From assembly GCF_009914755.1 (NCBI RefSeq), contig NC_060925.1: DNA of 64,000 nt. The stretch is one strand, 5' to 3'. The translations under genes were made by a program, and so were the position numbers. Under the pieces are notes generated by a model. It made no database searches. It saw nothing but the letters and a program-made list of their open reading frames with translations, and was not told the origin of the DNA. This document shows, piece after piece, positions 39,076 through 53,600 of this stretch. The stretch's first letter is position 1; each line of letters starts with the position of its first letter. The stretch comes from the human T2T-CHM13v2.0 reference genome, Homo sapiens.

Positions 39076-41619
39076 CTGTCTTTGAATACATCAGGCTGCT
39101 TCCCAGCCCAGGGCTTATGCCTCTGCAGTGCCCTCTGCCTGGGACCCCGATGCCCACATCTCTGTGTGGCTGCCTCTTCTTCTTCTTCTACACTTTGAGC
39201 TTAAATATCCCTTCTTCTTAGCAGGTCCTCATGGCTCCCTCCCTCTGCACTGTTTCCAGCACCTGCTGCCCTCAGTGCATTTGCTGAAATGCTCTCTTTA
39301 TCTTCTGCCTGCCTGCTCCACCAGGCTGTTCCTTCCGTCAGGGGCTGTGTCCAGTGAGGCCCTGGACCCACAGTGCTCAGGTTCAAACCTGACCCTTCCC
39401 CATCCCATAAAATCCTGCGAGCACTTCTGTTTTTAAAAGCCAATGACACTTGCTGTTATTTGCAAATAATTAGTACATGTGAGCTTTTCAGAGATATCTA
39501 GAATGTGGTCAGAAACGCACAGATGTTGGTGTTCCACAGAGCAGGGGCCATGTCTCCTCTGTGCACAGCTGGTCATGGACAGCTGGGCCCACAGTAGACA
39601 CTCCCAGATATTTGCTGAATGAAAGGATGGAATTTGAGTGGGGGAATGCGCCCGGCATCCCCGAAAGGGCTCATCTGGTGTTGGCTCTTTGGGACAGCTT
39701 TGGACCTCAGCTCTGGGTGGGGAGGGGCCCACTGGCCTCTGACCAGAAGGTCCAGGACATATGCCCTCCGTGGGCTTGTCCAGATGGCAGCATGGTCTCC
39801 TGACCTGCTGCAGGAGACAGCTGTGAGGCTTGCAGCCTGAGGTGGCCTGGCTCACGTCTGGGACCAAGGCACTGTCAGTCACTGATGTTTATAACCTGAG
39901 GTTGGAGCAGAATCTGGGATGTGACTGGGTCCTCATGCTGGGACATCCCAAATCCAAGCAGGATGAAAGACAAGGGGCAAAGCTAAGGTCGCACCCCCAC
40001 GCAGGCCCCCTGCAGCCCCTGGATGGGGGGCTGCCCCTCCCTTTTCTCCTCTTTATGGGTTTGTAACTCTGGGTCTAGGCTCTGAAAGCCCAGAGGCTGG
40101 AGTTCTTGTCTTCCTTCCCCTTCCAGGCCCCAACAATTTCCATCCCTGCTCAAAGACGGGAGAGTGTTTCCCTGACCTCGTCCTGGGCAGTCTGCACCAG
40201 GAGCTGGGCAGGGAGCTCAGCCAGTGGGGGAGACACGTCCAGCCACCAGGTGGCCACAGAGCCCTCTGAATGCCCGACCCACGCCCCATGGCCCCTCCTC
40301 CTCCCTTTGCCACTTGGGACTTGGGGAGATGGCAAATGTGACACCAAGACAAATGACTCCACTTTTTCTTTTCCCTTCGTTGCCTCCAGCATGTGAGATT
40401 ATTTCAGTTTCAAGGATGGGTACTGGGGGAGGCTGGGGGTGGACGGGGAACCTGAGGGTGCAGAGTGGGGTTTGTCATGCCTGTCTTCATCTCAGCGGCC
40501 CCACTCTGAGTGGCCCTATCTTTGCCCATCTTGATTCTTCTCAGTCTTTCAAGCCAGGCTGAACCGAGCCTTTCCTGACTCCCCCAGTTAGAAGGAATCA
40601 GCCCTGTCTCTATGTTTCTGCAGATTTTTGAAAAGGAACAACTGTCCTTGTACAAAGCCCAACAGACCTCCTTGCCTTTTCCACCAGACCCTCGGGCTCT
40701 TTATTTACTTTGCCTCCTTCTGCCCTTAGCGGGGTGTGTATGTGGAGGAAGGCAGCGTTGGGGAGTGGGCAATGCAAGGAATGGAGCATGGAGAAGGGGA
40801 AGGAAGCTGTGCATGGATTGATGGACACGCAAAGAACTAACTAACACAGGGCTATTTTACGCATATACACATCGTATCTTACTATACACAGCCTGTGTAT
40901 GTGTACACAGTGGCTATTAGGTATTACACACACGTATGCATATAAAACACATATAGCATACAGTGTCTATTGTAAGATGGAGAACATAGCAAAGGGTGCT
41001 ATACAGCATAAGAAGGGCATAAAGGAGCTGTGTTTATGTACTTGAGACTCAATACATTCCTTTCAAATGGGAAGAACAAATAAAAGAGGATGTTGATATT
41101 GGGACCAGATGCTGGGAAGTTGATGAAACATACACTGTGGGTAAACAGCAAGTTGTCATCACTCTGTTGACTTCCTCTGTCACTGATGGATTGTTCTGGA
41201 GGTCGCAGGACTCATGATAAATTGCTGGGGCTTGTCACTCACCAGGTCTGGGTTGGGCAGCAGCTTGGGAAGTAGGGAGAACGCAGAATGCTTGAAAAGC
41301 CATCTTGACACATAAGTGTGTGACATTCTCCCTAAGTGAGGCTCCCTCCAACTCCCAACTGGGGGAGGGAGAGCTGCCTCCCAGCCCCCGACAATGCAAA
41401 ATGAAAAAGCGAAGAGTGAGGTCGTCCTGGAGGCGGAAGAATTTCTCCACTGTCAGAATGCCGGGTTTGCACCTGTTGCTCAGAACCACTTTTCACCTTC
41501 CGTCTTTTGCAGTTGATGTCCCAAGAAGTACCATGGAGCAGGTGTTTCCTGTGCAGGCCAGAAAAGGCGTGAGAACATGAGGCGGTGGAGGGGCTGTCCT
41601 GATGTGGGCGATGCCAGTG

Positions 41620-42393
41620 TGTGCACAGTTGCACATACGTGCACATCCAAACACACATTCACATGCACACACGTACTCATACATGCTCACGTACTCAAAC
41701 ATGCACTCACATACACAGACACATAAATGTATACACTTTCACATGCACACACACACTTGCTTATACATGCTCACATGCTCACACTCACACAAACATGCAC
41801 TCACATAGACACATATACATATATACACATTCACAATATACACACCACTCACACATACACTCACTCCTATGCATACACATTTATATAATATACACACTTA
41901 TTTACACAGGAACACACATACACATTCATATACCCTCACACATATACACACTCATATACACAGAAACATGCACACACATTCATATACATGCACATACTTC
42001 CACGTACACTCACACTCACAAACACACACACTCACTTGCATATGCCCATACACTCACATACTTACACGTATGTGCACTTACATATACAGACACAACTTAC
42101 TCACTCATACACACTCACAATATACACACACGCTCACACATACATACTCATATATACCCACTTGCATGCATTCACACACACATACAGTCACACCCTCACT
42201 CAAACAAATGCACGTTTGCACATGCACACACATATACACCCCCTGTACACTCACACACATACTCACCTATTCTCCTGCACATGCACACACAGACACACAG
42301 ACTCACACACGTGCACACTTTCACTCACACACATGCACACTGTTTTTCTCTCACACACACATGCACACTTTCACTCACATACATGCACAGACA

Positions 42394-42451
<58 letters not shown>

Positions 42452-42452
42452 T
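41620..42452. repeat. Long degenerate (CA/CATA)n tract ending in (CT)n(CA)n
   Basis: Direct reading; source of the His/Thr-rich pseudo-ORFs. Confidence 0.93.
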
Positions 42453-42989
42453 GCATTCCCTCTGGAGACGCAGTGGTGCGGTGCAGTGTTGAATTTTCTT
42501 CTAGAGAGCAAAGAGGGACCAGGAAGAGACGCATCTGCAGGCCAGTCGGCTGCCTCCTCGTGACAGTGACTCCCCGTGCTCCCAAGCCAGGAACAGAATC
42601 GTGATGCTTGGGAAATGTGCATGCACCCTCAGCAAAGCTTCCTGAAACCCAACTATTTTGGGGACCCCATTCTCCCAATTAAGATTGTTTTCCCTTCCAT
42701 GGCCCGTGAATGTGACTCACCATCCTGGAAAGTTGTCAGCTTGCTGTAAGGGCCCTTCACCATCTTGGCCTTGGTAATGACAAGATGAATTCGTTCTGAT
42801 TTGGAAGTTGTTGCTCTAATTTTTGCACCCAGGCCCATGTTATCGCTCCATCATGGGTTCTGGAGCCCATCCAGCCACGGGATTTAGTCAGGTGCACTGA
42901 CTAAATCAGAACCCTGACACTGGAACCGGTATCCATTGGCAGGAACACTTGAGAACGCCTAAGCCAACTTGATTCTGTTTCCACTGCAA

Positions 42990-44032
42990 CCCGTCTCACC
43001 CTGGCTCTCGTGCTGCAATTCAGTTCTTATACTCACACCTGGAGTTAGCACAAGGCCCACAGGTGGAAGGCTCGGTCCTCCACGAGGCTGCCCTGATGTC
43101 AGACACCAGATGCACTTTGAGGGTCCCCAGCTGCCTGCACTTCTGGCCAATTGGTTACAAATTCAACACTTCTCATGACACCACAGGTTTGATAATTTAT
43201 TTGAATGACTCACAGCACTCAAAAAGCAGTATACTTATGATTAGAGTTTTATTTTAAAGGATGCAACTCAGGAACCACCCAATGAAGAGACACAGAGGGC
43301 AAGGTCTGGGAGAGTCTCAAACACAAACCTTCCATGGCCTCTCTCTGTGGAATCAGGGGCCACTCTCCAGGCACATCAGCATGCTCAGAAAGCATCTGCG
43401 TCCAGAATTTTTATCAGGGTTTCATGATGTGGCCATGGTTGATTGAATGCTTGGCCAGGTGACTAAACGCAATCAGCAGCCCCTTCTCCCCTCCCTCCAG
43501 GCTGGCACCACCAGGCTCAAAGCCCCAACTCTCTCATCACAAGATCAGCCTTTCTGGGCCATGCATGGTGGCTCACGCCTATAATCCCAGCACTTTGGGA
43601 GGTCAAGGCGGGTGGATCACCTGAGGCCGGGAGTTTGAGACCAGCCTGGCCAAATGACGAAACCCCGTCTCTACTAAAAATACAAAAATTAGCTGGGCGT
43701 GGTGGCAGGCACCTGTGATCCCAGCTACTTGGGAGGCTGAGGCAGGGAGAATAACTTGAACCCGGGAGGCAGAGGTTGCGGTGAGCCAAGATCACACCAT
43801 TGCACTCCAGCCTGGGCAACAGAGTGAGACTCCGTTTCCAAAAAAAAAAGATCAGCCTTTCTGGTGACCAGCCCCCACCCTGCACCACCTCATCTTGTTA
43901 TCACCAATGCACTTATTATTCAAAAAGTTAATGAATAACAAAGACACTCCAATTATTGGGAAAATTCCAAGGATTTAGAGTCTTCCTTGGGAACTATGGA
44001 CAAAGGCTAGTCAAATTCTTTATGATACAACA
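42990..44032 (-). mobile_element. MER21-group ERVL LTR and adjacent sequence, split by an Alu
   Basis: CCTGGAGTTAGC..CCCACAGGT..TGATAATTTATTTGAATGACTCACAGCACTCA..GGAAAATTCCAAGGATTTAG. Confidence 0.65.
43557..43847 (+). mobile_element. AluS
   Basis: Full dimer; perfect TSD AAGATCAGCCTTTCTG. Confidence 0.95.
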
Positions 44033-44404
44033 TTTTCTTGGGAATCCAACTAAAGAACACAATCAATGATTTGATGTGGAAATGGCAATTGGAAACAGCA
44101 CATGCAACAAAAACTCCTGCCACACCGAGTGAAGCCAACTTTGCATCCAGCCTCACATCTTGTCTCTAACAGCAGGTCTAAGCACACTTTGCCAGGGGTC
44201 TGGTTACTTTCACTGAGTCAACCCCAAGTGCCGGGAAAGAACTCCAAACTCCCTTTAACAGCATGGCAGGACTCCGGGGCTCATTCATTAATCAAAACTC
44301 CTTCTGGACCATTTATTTTTAGTATGACAACTTCTGTTAGTTAATGGTCTGAGGTTGGGTGTGAGTTACATTTCCCCCTCAGATAATCTCTTAAAGCTTG
44401 GTGA

Positions 44405-44780
<376 letters not shown>

Positions 44781-45531
44781 TGTAGCTCCCCTTAAATACT
44801 TGTGTCTGCCTACAGAAGCCCTCATATCCCTGCTGCTGTTTCTCGCTCACGCCCTCTGACCCTTTCCCAAATCCATAATGGTTCTTTTCAAAGAGTGTTA
44901 ACAAGAACCACTATAAGATAGAGACCTCAGAAAAAGCCATGGCCTCCAGGAATCCAGAAGCACCCACAAAATATGTGATGAGCATGTTCAATGATCAGGA
45001 TTAATTTAAAGTAGGGCTTTGGCTGCCTTTTGGAATAGCCCCTTCTGTCTCTAGAGATTTTCAGGTGTCCAGTCTAGAGCCTTTGAGTTTCCCTTTCAAG
45101 TTCCATTTCCTCAGATCTTCTCTCTGAAGACCCCTCCTGCACACCACCCTCACATCCTCTCCCACCCTTACTGTATCTTATTCTGCTTCCAATTACTCAT
45201 CACCATTTGGATCGAACCTGCCTTCAGTTTGCTTATGTCATGTCAGCATCATAAGCTCCACGACAGCCTGGCTCTGCCTGTCTTATTTGTCTCTGCATCT
45301 CCTGCAGCTAATGCGTGTACCAAGAAGAAAGTACAATGAAACATCTCTGTGGTTCTGCAATGTTTGGTGTCAGTGCTCACTGGTTGTGGTGATCTGGCTG
45401 AAACTTGAAAAGAATGTCTCTCTTTAAGCAAGGTCAGCCTAACCGGCCCAAACAAAACTGGACACGACATCCAAGGGCCCCAGGACATATCCAGCATCCC
45501 TTCCTCAGAGGTGGGCCCACATCCGGGCAGA

Positions 45532-45841
<310 letters not shown>

Positions 45842-46947
45842 CCGGACAGATTTTAACCTTGACCTTTATGAACTCAAAACAATGGCCCTGCCCTTTGAAT
45901 TTGATGTGAGCAAACATAAACTGAGGAACTAATCGCCAAGTGCAGCTACCGGGGAGCGGGGTCATGGCGGTGCCAGAAACAGAGGGGCAGCTGCTTCCTG
46001 TGCCTCTTCGCATGTCCCTTAAACTTCTCAAAGGCACCTCAGACTCAGCAGGTGCAGGTCCGAGCTCAGGATTGTCACTGTCCTTCAGCACAGTAACCGC
46101 GGCCCCAGATGATGCCATTTGTTGGCTGGTGTATTGGTTCACTGTCTGTGCTCCCCATGAGCAAGTAAGCTGGTGGAGCTTGGTCATCGCTCTAGTCCCA
46201 GCTTCCAGAGCCATTCCAGGCAGCAGGCCCACATGCAGGACGCATAGCCAGACGGAGGAGGGACCCCCATCCCACCTGCTGTGGTCATGTCCAGGGAGCC
46301 TTCTCCAAGGAGGGCTTCATCCGAAAGCCTGGGATTCCTCTGAGACCTCCTTCTCCCTGATCCACCATCTTATTTGGCATCTGGGAAAGGCAGCCCTCTG
46401 CTTCATAGATGGTGCCTTCTTACAGCATCAAATCCTTCCCACCAGCATCCTGAGCACCCCTTCAACTCAGCCCACACTACTCTGTATCTCCCACCATCCC
46501 TCAACCCAAGTTCTCCCAGCTCTTGTCTAGAGATTGCATGACTTTCCTAATTGCTTCATGAACATTCATCCTGGCCTCCTTTCTTCCCTTTCCACAAGAT
46601 CGCCACCTCCTACATTGGGATATGCCTCCCCCTACCTTGGGATATGGGGGGGGTCATGCATAATTTGTTCAGATTTAGAACAAATTCTGAGATAAACAGG
46701 GAGTCAGGCAGATGGAGACCAAAATGCCAGCTTCATCACACATGGATGCAATGAAAATGTGACTTTGGGGAAGGATGGCAAGGGGGCTCCCTAATAGTGC
46801 ACCCCAGAACAGTGACTCCCCCAGTCGTGGGTGGCCTGAGCAACTGCAGATCTCCACCATGGGGGCACAGCCTCTCCCATTCAACAATCGAAACCTGGAG
46901 AAGCAGATCGTACTCAGAAGAGTGAGTGAGTAAAGGGGGTCAGGAGG

Positions 46948-47327
46948 CATATTTGTCCATTTGGGCTGTGATAACAAAAATACTGTAGACTAGGGGCTTC
47001 AATAACAGACATTTCTTCTCACAGCTCTGGAGGCTGCAAAGTGATCAAAGATCAAGGTGCTGCTGGCAGATTCCGTGTCTGGGGAGGGCTCTCTTGTTGG
47101 TCTGTAGACAGCAGCCTTCTCACTGTGTTTTCCCATGGTGGAGAGAAAGCTCTGGTCTCTCTTCCACTTCTTATGAAGACACCAATGCCATCATGGGGAC
47201 CCCATCCTCACAACCTCATCTAACTCTAATTACCTCCCAAAGGTCTCACTTGCAATTACCAGCATACCAGCGAAGTGAAGTTAGGGCTTCAGCATATTAA
47301 TTTTAGGAGGGCACAATTTAGTCCATA
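46948..47327 (-). mobile_element. MLT1A-like MaLR LTR
   Basis: GTCCATTTGGGCTGTGATAACAAAAATACTGTAGACT..TAATTACCTCCCAAAGG..TTAGTCCATAG. Confidence 0.85.
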
Positions 47328-48351
47328 GAAAAAAGCCCAAGGGTTTTGAGAAATAGAGACCTTCCACATCAGCGTAGAATGGTGGCAGTGGGGAGTCAGT
47401 GTCCACTCAACACTCTCTAGACTCTTCTTAAAGTCATTCAACGACAAAGCCAGCCCTGCCTCCTTTCCATTACCACCCCCTTTCACAGTCTCTGCTCTCC
47501 TTGTGTGGCCTTCTGTTGTCTCTCATATTCCTTGCACTCCACTTTGCCCGTCCTTGCACCCTGACTCAAGCCCTCAGCACATGTTAGCTGTCCTGCCTGG
47601 CACCCTCCTTGTCCCCTCTCCCCAGATCCTTTCATTCTTGAGATTTCTGTGTGATTATGACTTCCCCCAGCACCCACCCCCTGGACCATCAGCAGCCTCC
47701 ATCATACGGAGCCCCTCTCAGTTGCGCCTGCACTCTCAGCCGTGGCATCTTTTACACGTTGTCATCTGTCGATTTTCTGCTTCCTCCATGAGACCTCAGA
47801 CTCCATGGAGCTGATGTCAGGCTGTGTTTCTTTGTTCTAGTGATGCTCTTCATTGTGTCTGCAGGCCTGACACAGAGTAGATGCTCGAGACGTAGACCTC
47901 AAAGAAGTCAGAGTCCAGGAGACAGCACTGCCGTGTACACAGCCTGACTGTGACGCCAAGTTGCAGGGGAACATAGAGATGTGGGCAGAACTCTGCCTCG
48001 AGGGGTTGGGGAAGAACATTTGAGGAGGAAACCAACACTTTTATTCCTGGCGACATCTCATTCTGGGGCCATCACTGGAGGTGCAAAACCCATTATTTCC
48101 TAAGGCAATGGGGGTGTTTTGTGCTTTCCTGCACCGACATTCACAAACCCCTCTTCCTGCTCTGTCATAGCGCCTCGTAAGACCTTCTCCCTGTGCCGTT
48201 CCATGGACCTGCAGCTCTCTCTCTTGGATGAAAGTTTAGAGTCATTTCCAAATGTGCAGCAATCACAACGCAGTGGCTCTTTTGCAAAATTTGTAAAATT
48301 TCAAATACGTTTAGTCTGGGCGAGGGTTCCTGAGAGGCCCCGCCGTTGGCT

Positions 48352-48444
48352 TTTCTCCATGTAGGGACTCTGTTTTCCTTCAGCCTTTAATATATTTCTC
48401 CATGTAGGGACTCTGTTTTCCTTCAGCCTTTAATATATTTCTCC
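48352..48444. repeat. Perfect 43-bp tandem duplication
   Basis: TTTCTCCATGTAGGGACTCTGTTTTCCTTCAGCCTTTAATATA twice, followed by TTTCTCC. Confidence 0.95.
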
Positions 48445-48761
48445 GTGTATGACAAAATGTGGCCTCAAGGACATTTTAATTCTTTTGTAACAGGGTTTTT
48501 TTTAATAAAACCTAGTTAAAAGAACTCTGAAAATCTAAATTCCCTCAAAAACACATGTCTCTGAAAGGCGCTAGTAGCAAAACAAAACAAAATGGAACTG
48601 TCTATGCCCAGACCTCAGTTTATGAATACTGCTTCCCACTAACAGGGCCCAGCACATCATGGAGAAGTGGCCGATTCCAGGTATGGGGCAGGGAGAGTGC
48701 TGGGGGCCTGGACCATTCTGCTGTGTCAGCAGCCAGCAAGCAAGCACAGGGTCCATGGACA

Positions 48762-49259
<498 letters not shown>

Positions 49260-49377
49260 TCATGGAATCAGAGAATGATAGGTTAGAATGTGCCTGTTTT
49301 GCAGCCACCATTGTAACACAACAGGCAAGCAAGGCCATCAATTGATGTTGAAACTTTTGGGTAGAAGCTGCAGGTTG

Positions 49378-49755
49378 CCGTGGGCTGACTTGTGTCCAGC
49401 CCCAAATTCACATGTGGAAGTCCTTACCCCCAGCACCTCAGGAGGTAGTATATTTGGAAAGAGGGTCTTCAAAGCAGTCATTAAGGTAAACGAGGTCATT
49501 ACGATGGACTCTAGTCCAATAGGACGGGTGTCCTCATGAGAAGAGGAGACCAGGACACAGATCCACAGACGGAAGGCCTTGTGAAGACACAGAAAATAGA
49601 CAGCCTTCTGCAAGTGAAGGAGAGAGAGGCCTCGGGAGAAACCTGCCCTGAAACCCCTTGATCTTGGACTTCCGGCCTTCAAGACTGTGAGGAAATAAGT
49701 TGCTGTTGAAGGCCCCCGGGGTGTGGTGTTGGCTCTCCAGCTGCCTGAGCTGACT
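49378..49755 (+). mobile_element. MLT1A/B-like MaLR LTR
   Basis: CCCCAAATTCACATGTGGAAGTCCTTACCCCCAGCACCTCA..GACTGTGAGGAAATAAGTTGCTGTTGAAG. Confidence 0.85.
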
Positions 49756-49849
49756 CATAAACAGTGTCTCACTCTCACGAAGCACTCCCTTCCTCACCCA
49801 TGGAAAAGGTGTGTTTTGATGGAGAGGTCAGATGAGCATTATTGATGGA

Positions 49850-50280
49850 AAAATCAGGTGGGCACCATTGGTGCAGAGATCAGATGGGCACCATTCTGAC
49901 CCCTAATGAGACAAACCAGCATCGTGTGCACTGAGAAGGACTCAGGATCTGGACAAAAATGGTTTCACCTGAATTTAATTGTGAGGAAACAGACAGATCC
50001 CAGTTACGAGGCATTCTATAAAACAACTGTCCCAAATGCTTCCAAACGTCAATCATTAGACATAAATAAAGTCAAAACTAAAGCAAGGGAACTGTTCTAG
50101 AATAAATTAGACAAAGGAGACGTGTCCATGAAATGCAATGCATGAGCTTTGATCAGATCCTAGACAGCGAAGGCAAGCTCTAACAAACATTAGGAGCCAG
50201 ACTTGGAACATTTTGATTAGGACCCTATACAAAATTGATATTATCACACTAATGCAAAAGGTCAGCATGGTAAAAGCAGT
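49850..50280 (+). mobile_element. L1MC/ME-like 3' fragment
   Basis: CTGAATTTAATTGTGAGGAAACAGACAGATCCCAG..AATGCAATGCATGAGCTTTGATCAGATCCTAGAC. Confidence 0.55.
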
Positions 50281-50683
50281 GCAGCTCTGGGTGGACCTGG
50301 GTATTCCTGCTCGGAACTCGAGTCATTGCACTCTGAGTAGGTGGCGTTTGCATATGTGTTCATGACTTAACTGTTTATTTCGGGTTCTAGCAACCTGAGG
50401 TTGCAGAGGTGAGACTGCAGTTGTTTACTGACCATGGTCTCCTGGGGAATGTGAGCCACAAGGTGCTCGGGCCAGGCGGGGAAGATGGCCAAGTTGTCCC
50501 GGAGGTATCGTCTCACCTGGTAGGTCCTCAATTTCACCCTTGGGGGCTCCCAAAACTAAAGACAGACCCTCCTGAAGTCCCTGAGGACTCCTCAGACCTC
50601 CAGAAGCAGGCCCTGTGCTTTCTTCTAAAGGAGGGAGGGTTTCCTTTTCACATTTGATGGATGGAGCCCAGCACCCCCATAAC

Positions 50684-51145
50684 CAGGGCCAGAGACCTAA
50701 TTTGCAGGGCTACAGTGGACTGAATGTTTAGGCCCTCTCAAAATTCATATGTTGAAATCCTAACCTCTAAGGTGATGGTATTAAAAGGTGGGAAGTAATT
50801 AGGTCATAAGGGGGACCCCGTCATGAAATTCATGCCCTTATAAAAAAGGTCCAAGGAAGCTAGCCTCTTCCACCACATGGGGATGCAGTGACCAAGAAAC
50901 AGGACCTCACTAGACACTGAATCTGCCGGTGCCTCTACCTGGAACTGCGAGCAATACGTTTCTGCGGTGTGCTAGCCACCCGGTCTATGACGCTCTGTTA
51001 GGGCAGCCAGAAGAGACTAAGCCAAGATTCCAGTGCAAAATGCAAATGCAAAGGACCATCACAGCGCAGCCTTAAACCAAGGGCAGGTTTAACCCTTCTG
51101 AGCATGGAGCCCTCAACCGCACAGGTCTTGAAGCCGTCCGGGCCA
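50684..51145 (-). mobile_element. MER91A-like hAT MITE split by a MaLR LTR
   Basis: CAGGGCC..TAATTTGCAGGGC, then CCAGTGCAAAATG..TTAAACCAAG..CCCTTCTGAGCATGGAGCCC. Confidence 0.65.
50711..51024 (+). mobile_element. MLT1A/MST-like MaLR LTR
   Basis: GGACTGAATGTTT..AAAATTCATATGTTGAAATCCTAACC..GCAGCCAGAAGAGACTAAG. Confidence 0.8.
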
Positions 51146-52190
51146 CTCACCGAGCAACTCCACTCACATTCCCTGGTGGGTGTCTCTTGTCCTTCTCCTC
51201 ACATCTCCATGAGATAAGGGGCATGCGACAGAGCAATGAGGAGGAAGCCGCATCCAAACCAGCATCTCTCCACCTTCCTGAGTTTAAAGGTCTAAAGTGT
51301 GATAAAGAAAATGAAGTGACAAATGGCAAGAGATGGAAAAAAGCTACTCAGCCCCTAGCAGTTGCTTCTCAGGGACCCTATGCCTCTCATGCAAGAAATA
51401 TCAGTTAACCTCCTCCCCTTAAATGTGTTATGAGCCACTGTTCCTCCCCAGGAAAATACAGAACACCTTGAAGACAGCTCCCCTTGAATACCTTGTCAGA
51501 TCTAGACCATCGTCACCACGACAGCTTTGGCCACAGGAATGCACATCTCTGCCGAGGATGCTTGGTCCAAGGGTGTGGCGGAGAAAACGGGAGGGATAGC
51601 AGGTAAATCGCTGGCAATTTTGCTTCCTGCGATTTGCATATCATGAATATTCAGACATCGCTCCTCCCTCTCCCCAGCCTGAACATTGATGGAGACCAGA
51701 GGAAATGGATGCCGTGCTCCATAAGACTCAGAGACAGCACCGTCTGAGCCTCCCCAACCGTGTGCACGACGTGCAGGCTCATGGGTGCTCTGCTCCTCAA
51801 TAAGTGACAGGTGCTCCAGGCTGGCAAAAACGTCTCCTTACTAGAGCTGAGACATTACATTCTGGGACAAGTGGCCATTTATTTCTGCCAGTAAAGGAAC
51901 ATTTTCTTAAGTGAGTCTGCATCAGGGGCTCAGATATTGACTAAGCGGATGTGACCCCCTGAGGACCAGGTGTTTCTTTCTTAACAGATTTTCTCTTGCT
52001 GGAAGTATGTGTCTTTGACTACACGTCCAGGGAACCAAGCGAAGGGATTTTGACTGAGGATTAAAGAGAGGAGGACTTGAGCTTTCAGAATCAGTTAGAA
52101 GTTAGCACACAGGCTCCTGGCAGTGGACCCACAGGTAGGGAAGGAGCTGGTGGTCAAGGCTTTCCTGCTGGGAGCTGGAGGAGTCTGCCT

Positions 52191-52575
52191 TTCTTTTTCT
52201 TTATTTTTTATTGTGGCAAGAACACAACGTGAGGTCTACCCTCTTAACAGAAGCAGATCGCTGGGACTTACATATTGCGTAACTGGAACTTTATGACCAT
52301 CCAACAGCAACTTCAATTTCCACTGCCCTCGCCAGCCCGGGCAACCACTCTTCCATTCTTTGTTTCTCTGAGTTTGACTATTTTACATACCTCACATCAC
52401 AATATCTAAGATGTGGAAAAAACCCTAAATGTCCATCAATGAATAAATGGATTAAAAAATGTGATCTATACTTACAATGGAGCTTTAAAAAAGATGGAAA
52501 TCCTGTCATCTGTGGCAAAGTGAGTGAAGCTGGAGGACACGGTACTAAGTGATGAGCTAGAGCAGAAGGACGGAA
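52191..52575 (-). mobile_element. L1MA-like 3' end with an inverted 5' segment
   Basis: Minus-strand 3'UTR at 52191-52398 abuts plus-strand CACAATATCTAAGATGTGGAAAAAACCCTAAATGTCCATCAATG. Confidence 0.75.
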
Positions 52576-53600
52576 CCTGCGTGAGGCCCCTGTAGGGAAG
52601 TGACTATGTTTCAGCAGCTGCTGCCTTGTTTGTCCTGCGTGGGTCTTTGGAAGATGGAGCTGGCTTGGTTCACCCCTCACTGGCATGCAGAGGAAATCTT
52701 AGCTTACAGAGAAGGAAGGGGTTTCAGGAGGCCAAGTTGCCTGGGATGCAGAGTGGATGGACCATCCACCCAGGCTCCCAGATAACTCTTTTGTGTTCAG
52801 CAAAAACTCTGCTCAGACAGTGCTTTAAGGGTAAAGACTTTGGAGACTTTTATGAGTGTTTTCCCCAAATCTGTGCTGAGCAAGGCTGATTCCTACCGGC
52901 TTCTGCTCAGTCCATCTAACTCTGGCAGGGCCACCTTGCCCAGAAGAGGAGGAGGAGACCCAGCCTCTATCAGGCAGCAGGAGGCCACAGAGGGCAGAGT
53001 GTTCAGAACCAGCTCCTTTGGCAGCTGCATTGTTTCTTTGGCACTTCACGGGACTGAAGACAAACCATCTTTCATGGGGAGGACAGGCAGGCACATTTGG
53101 GGGCATTATCATTCCTGGCGGGAGGAGAGATATTTGCTTGCCAGGTGGAGAGCAGAGCGGGTGACTCTAGGCATCTTGCTCTTTTCAGCAGTGTGTCTGA
53201 AAGGAAAGTCACAGGTACCATAAACTGTGGTGTCAGGACTTTCTGCTCCCAGCCCTTAGTGCTGATGCGACACAGCCGGCAAGAAGTGGTGAATTGATTA
53301 GAGTCAAATTTTCAATGGAGACACAGAGACTGGACTCATGGTGATAAGAATGCCTTTCCTTTTAGCAACTTTTATCGGTTCAAGATGATTTCACAACCAT
53401 TGCCTCCTCGGAGCCCCTTAACATGGCAGGGGGTTAGAATATGAATTTTCACCCCATGTCACGTGGGAGCAGCAGACGTCTGAGCTTTCTTGCCTGGGGT
53501 CACTCACAGGGACGATGGCCTGGCTCTCCTAAGTCTCAGAGCTACCTTTTGAGCCCCTCTCTGCGGTCAAAGGCCGGGGCTTTGAAATCTGCAGTGCCCC

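Noticed and set aside
41621-42604. 327-aa His/Thr-rich ORF and overlapping frames
   Set aside because: Translation of a degenerate CA repeat that lacks stop codons by composition.
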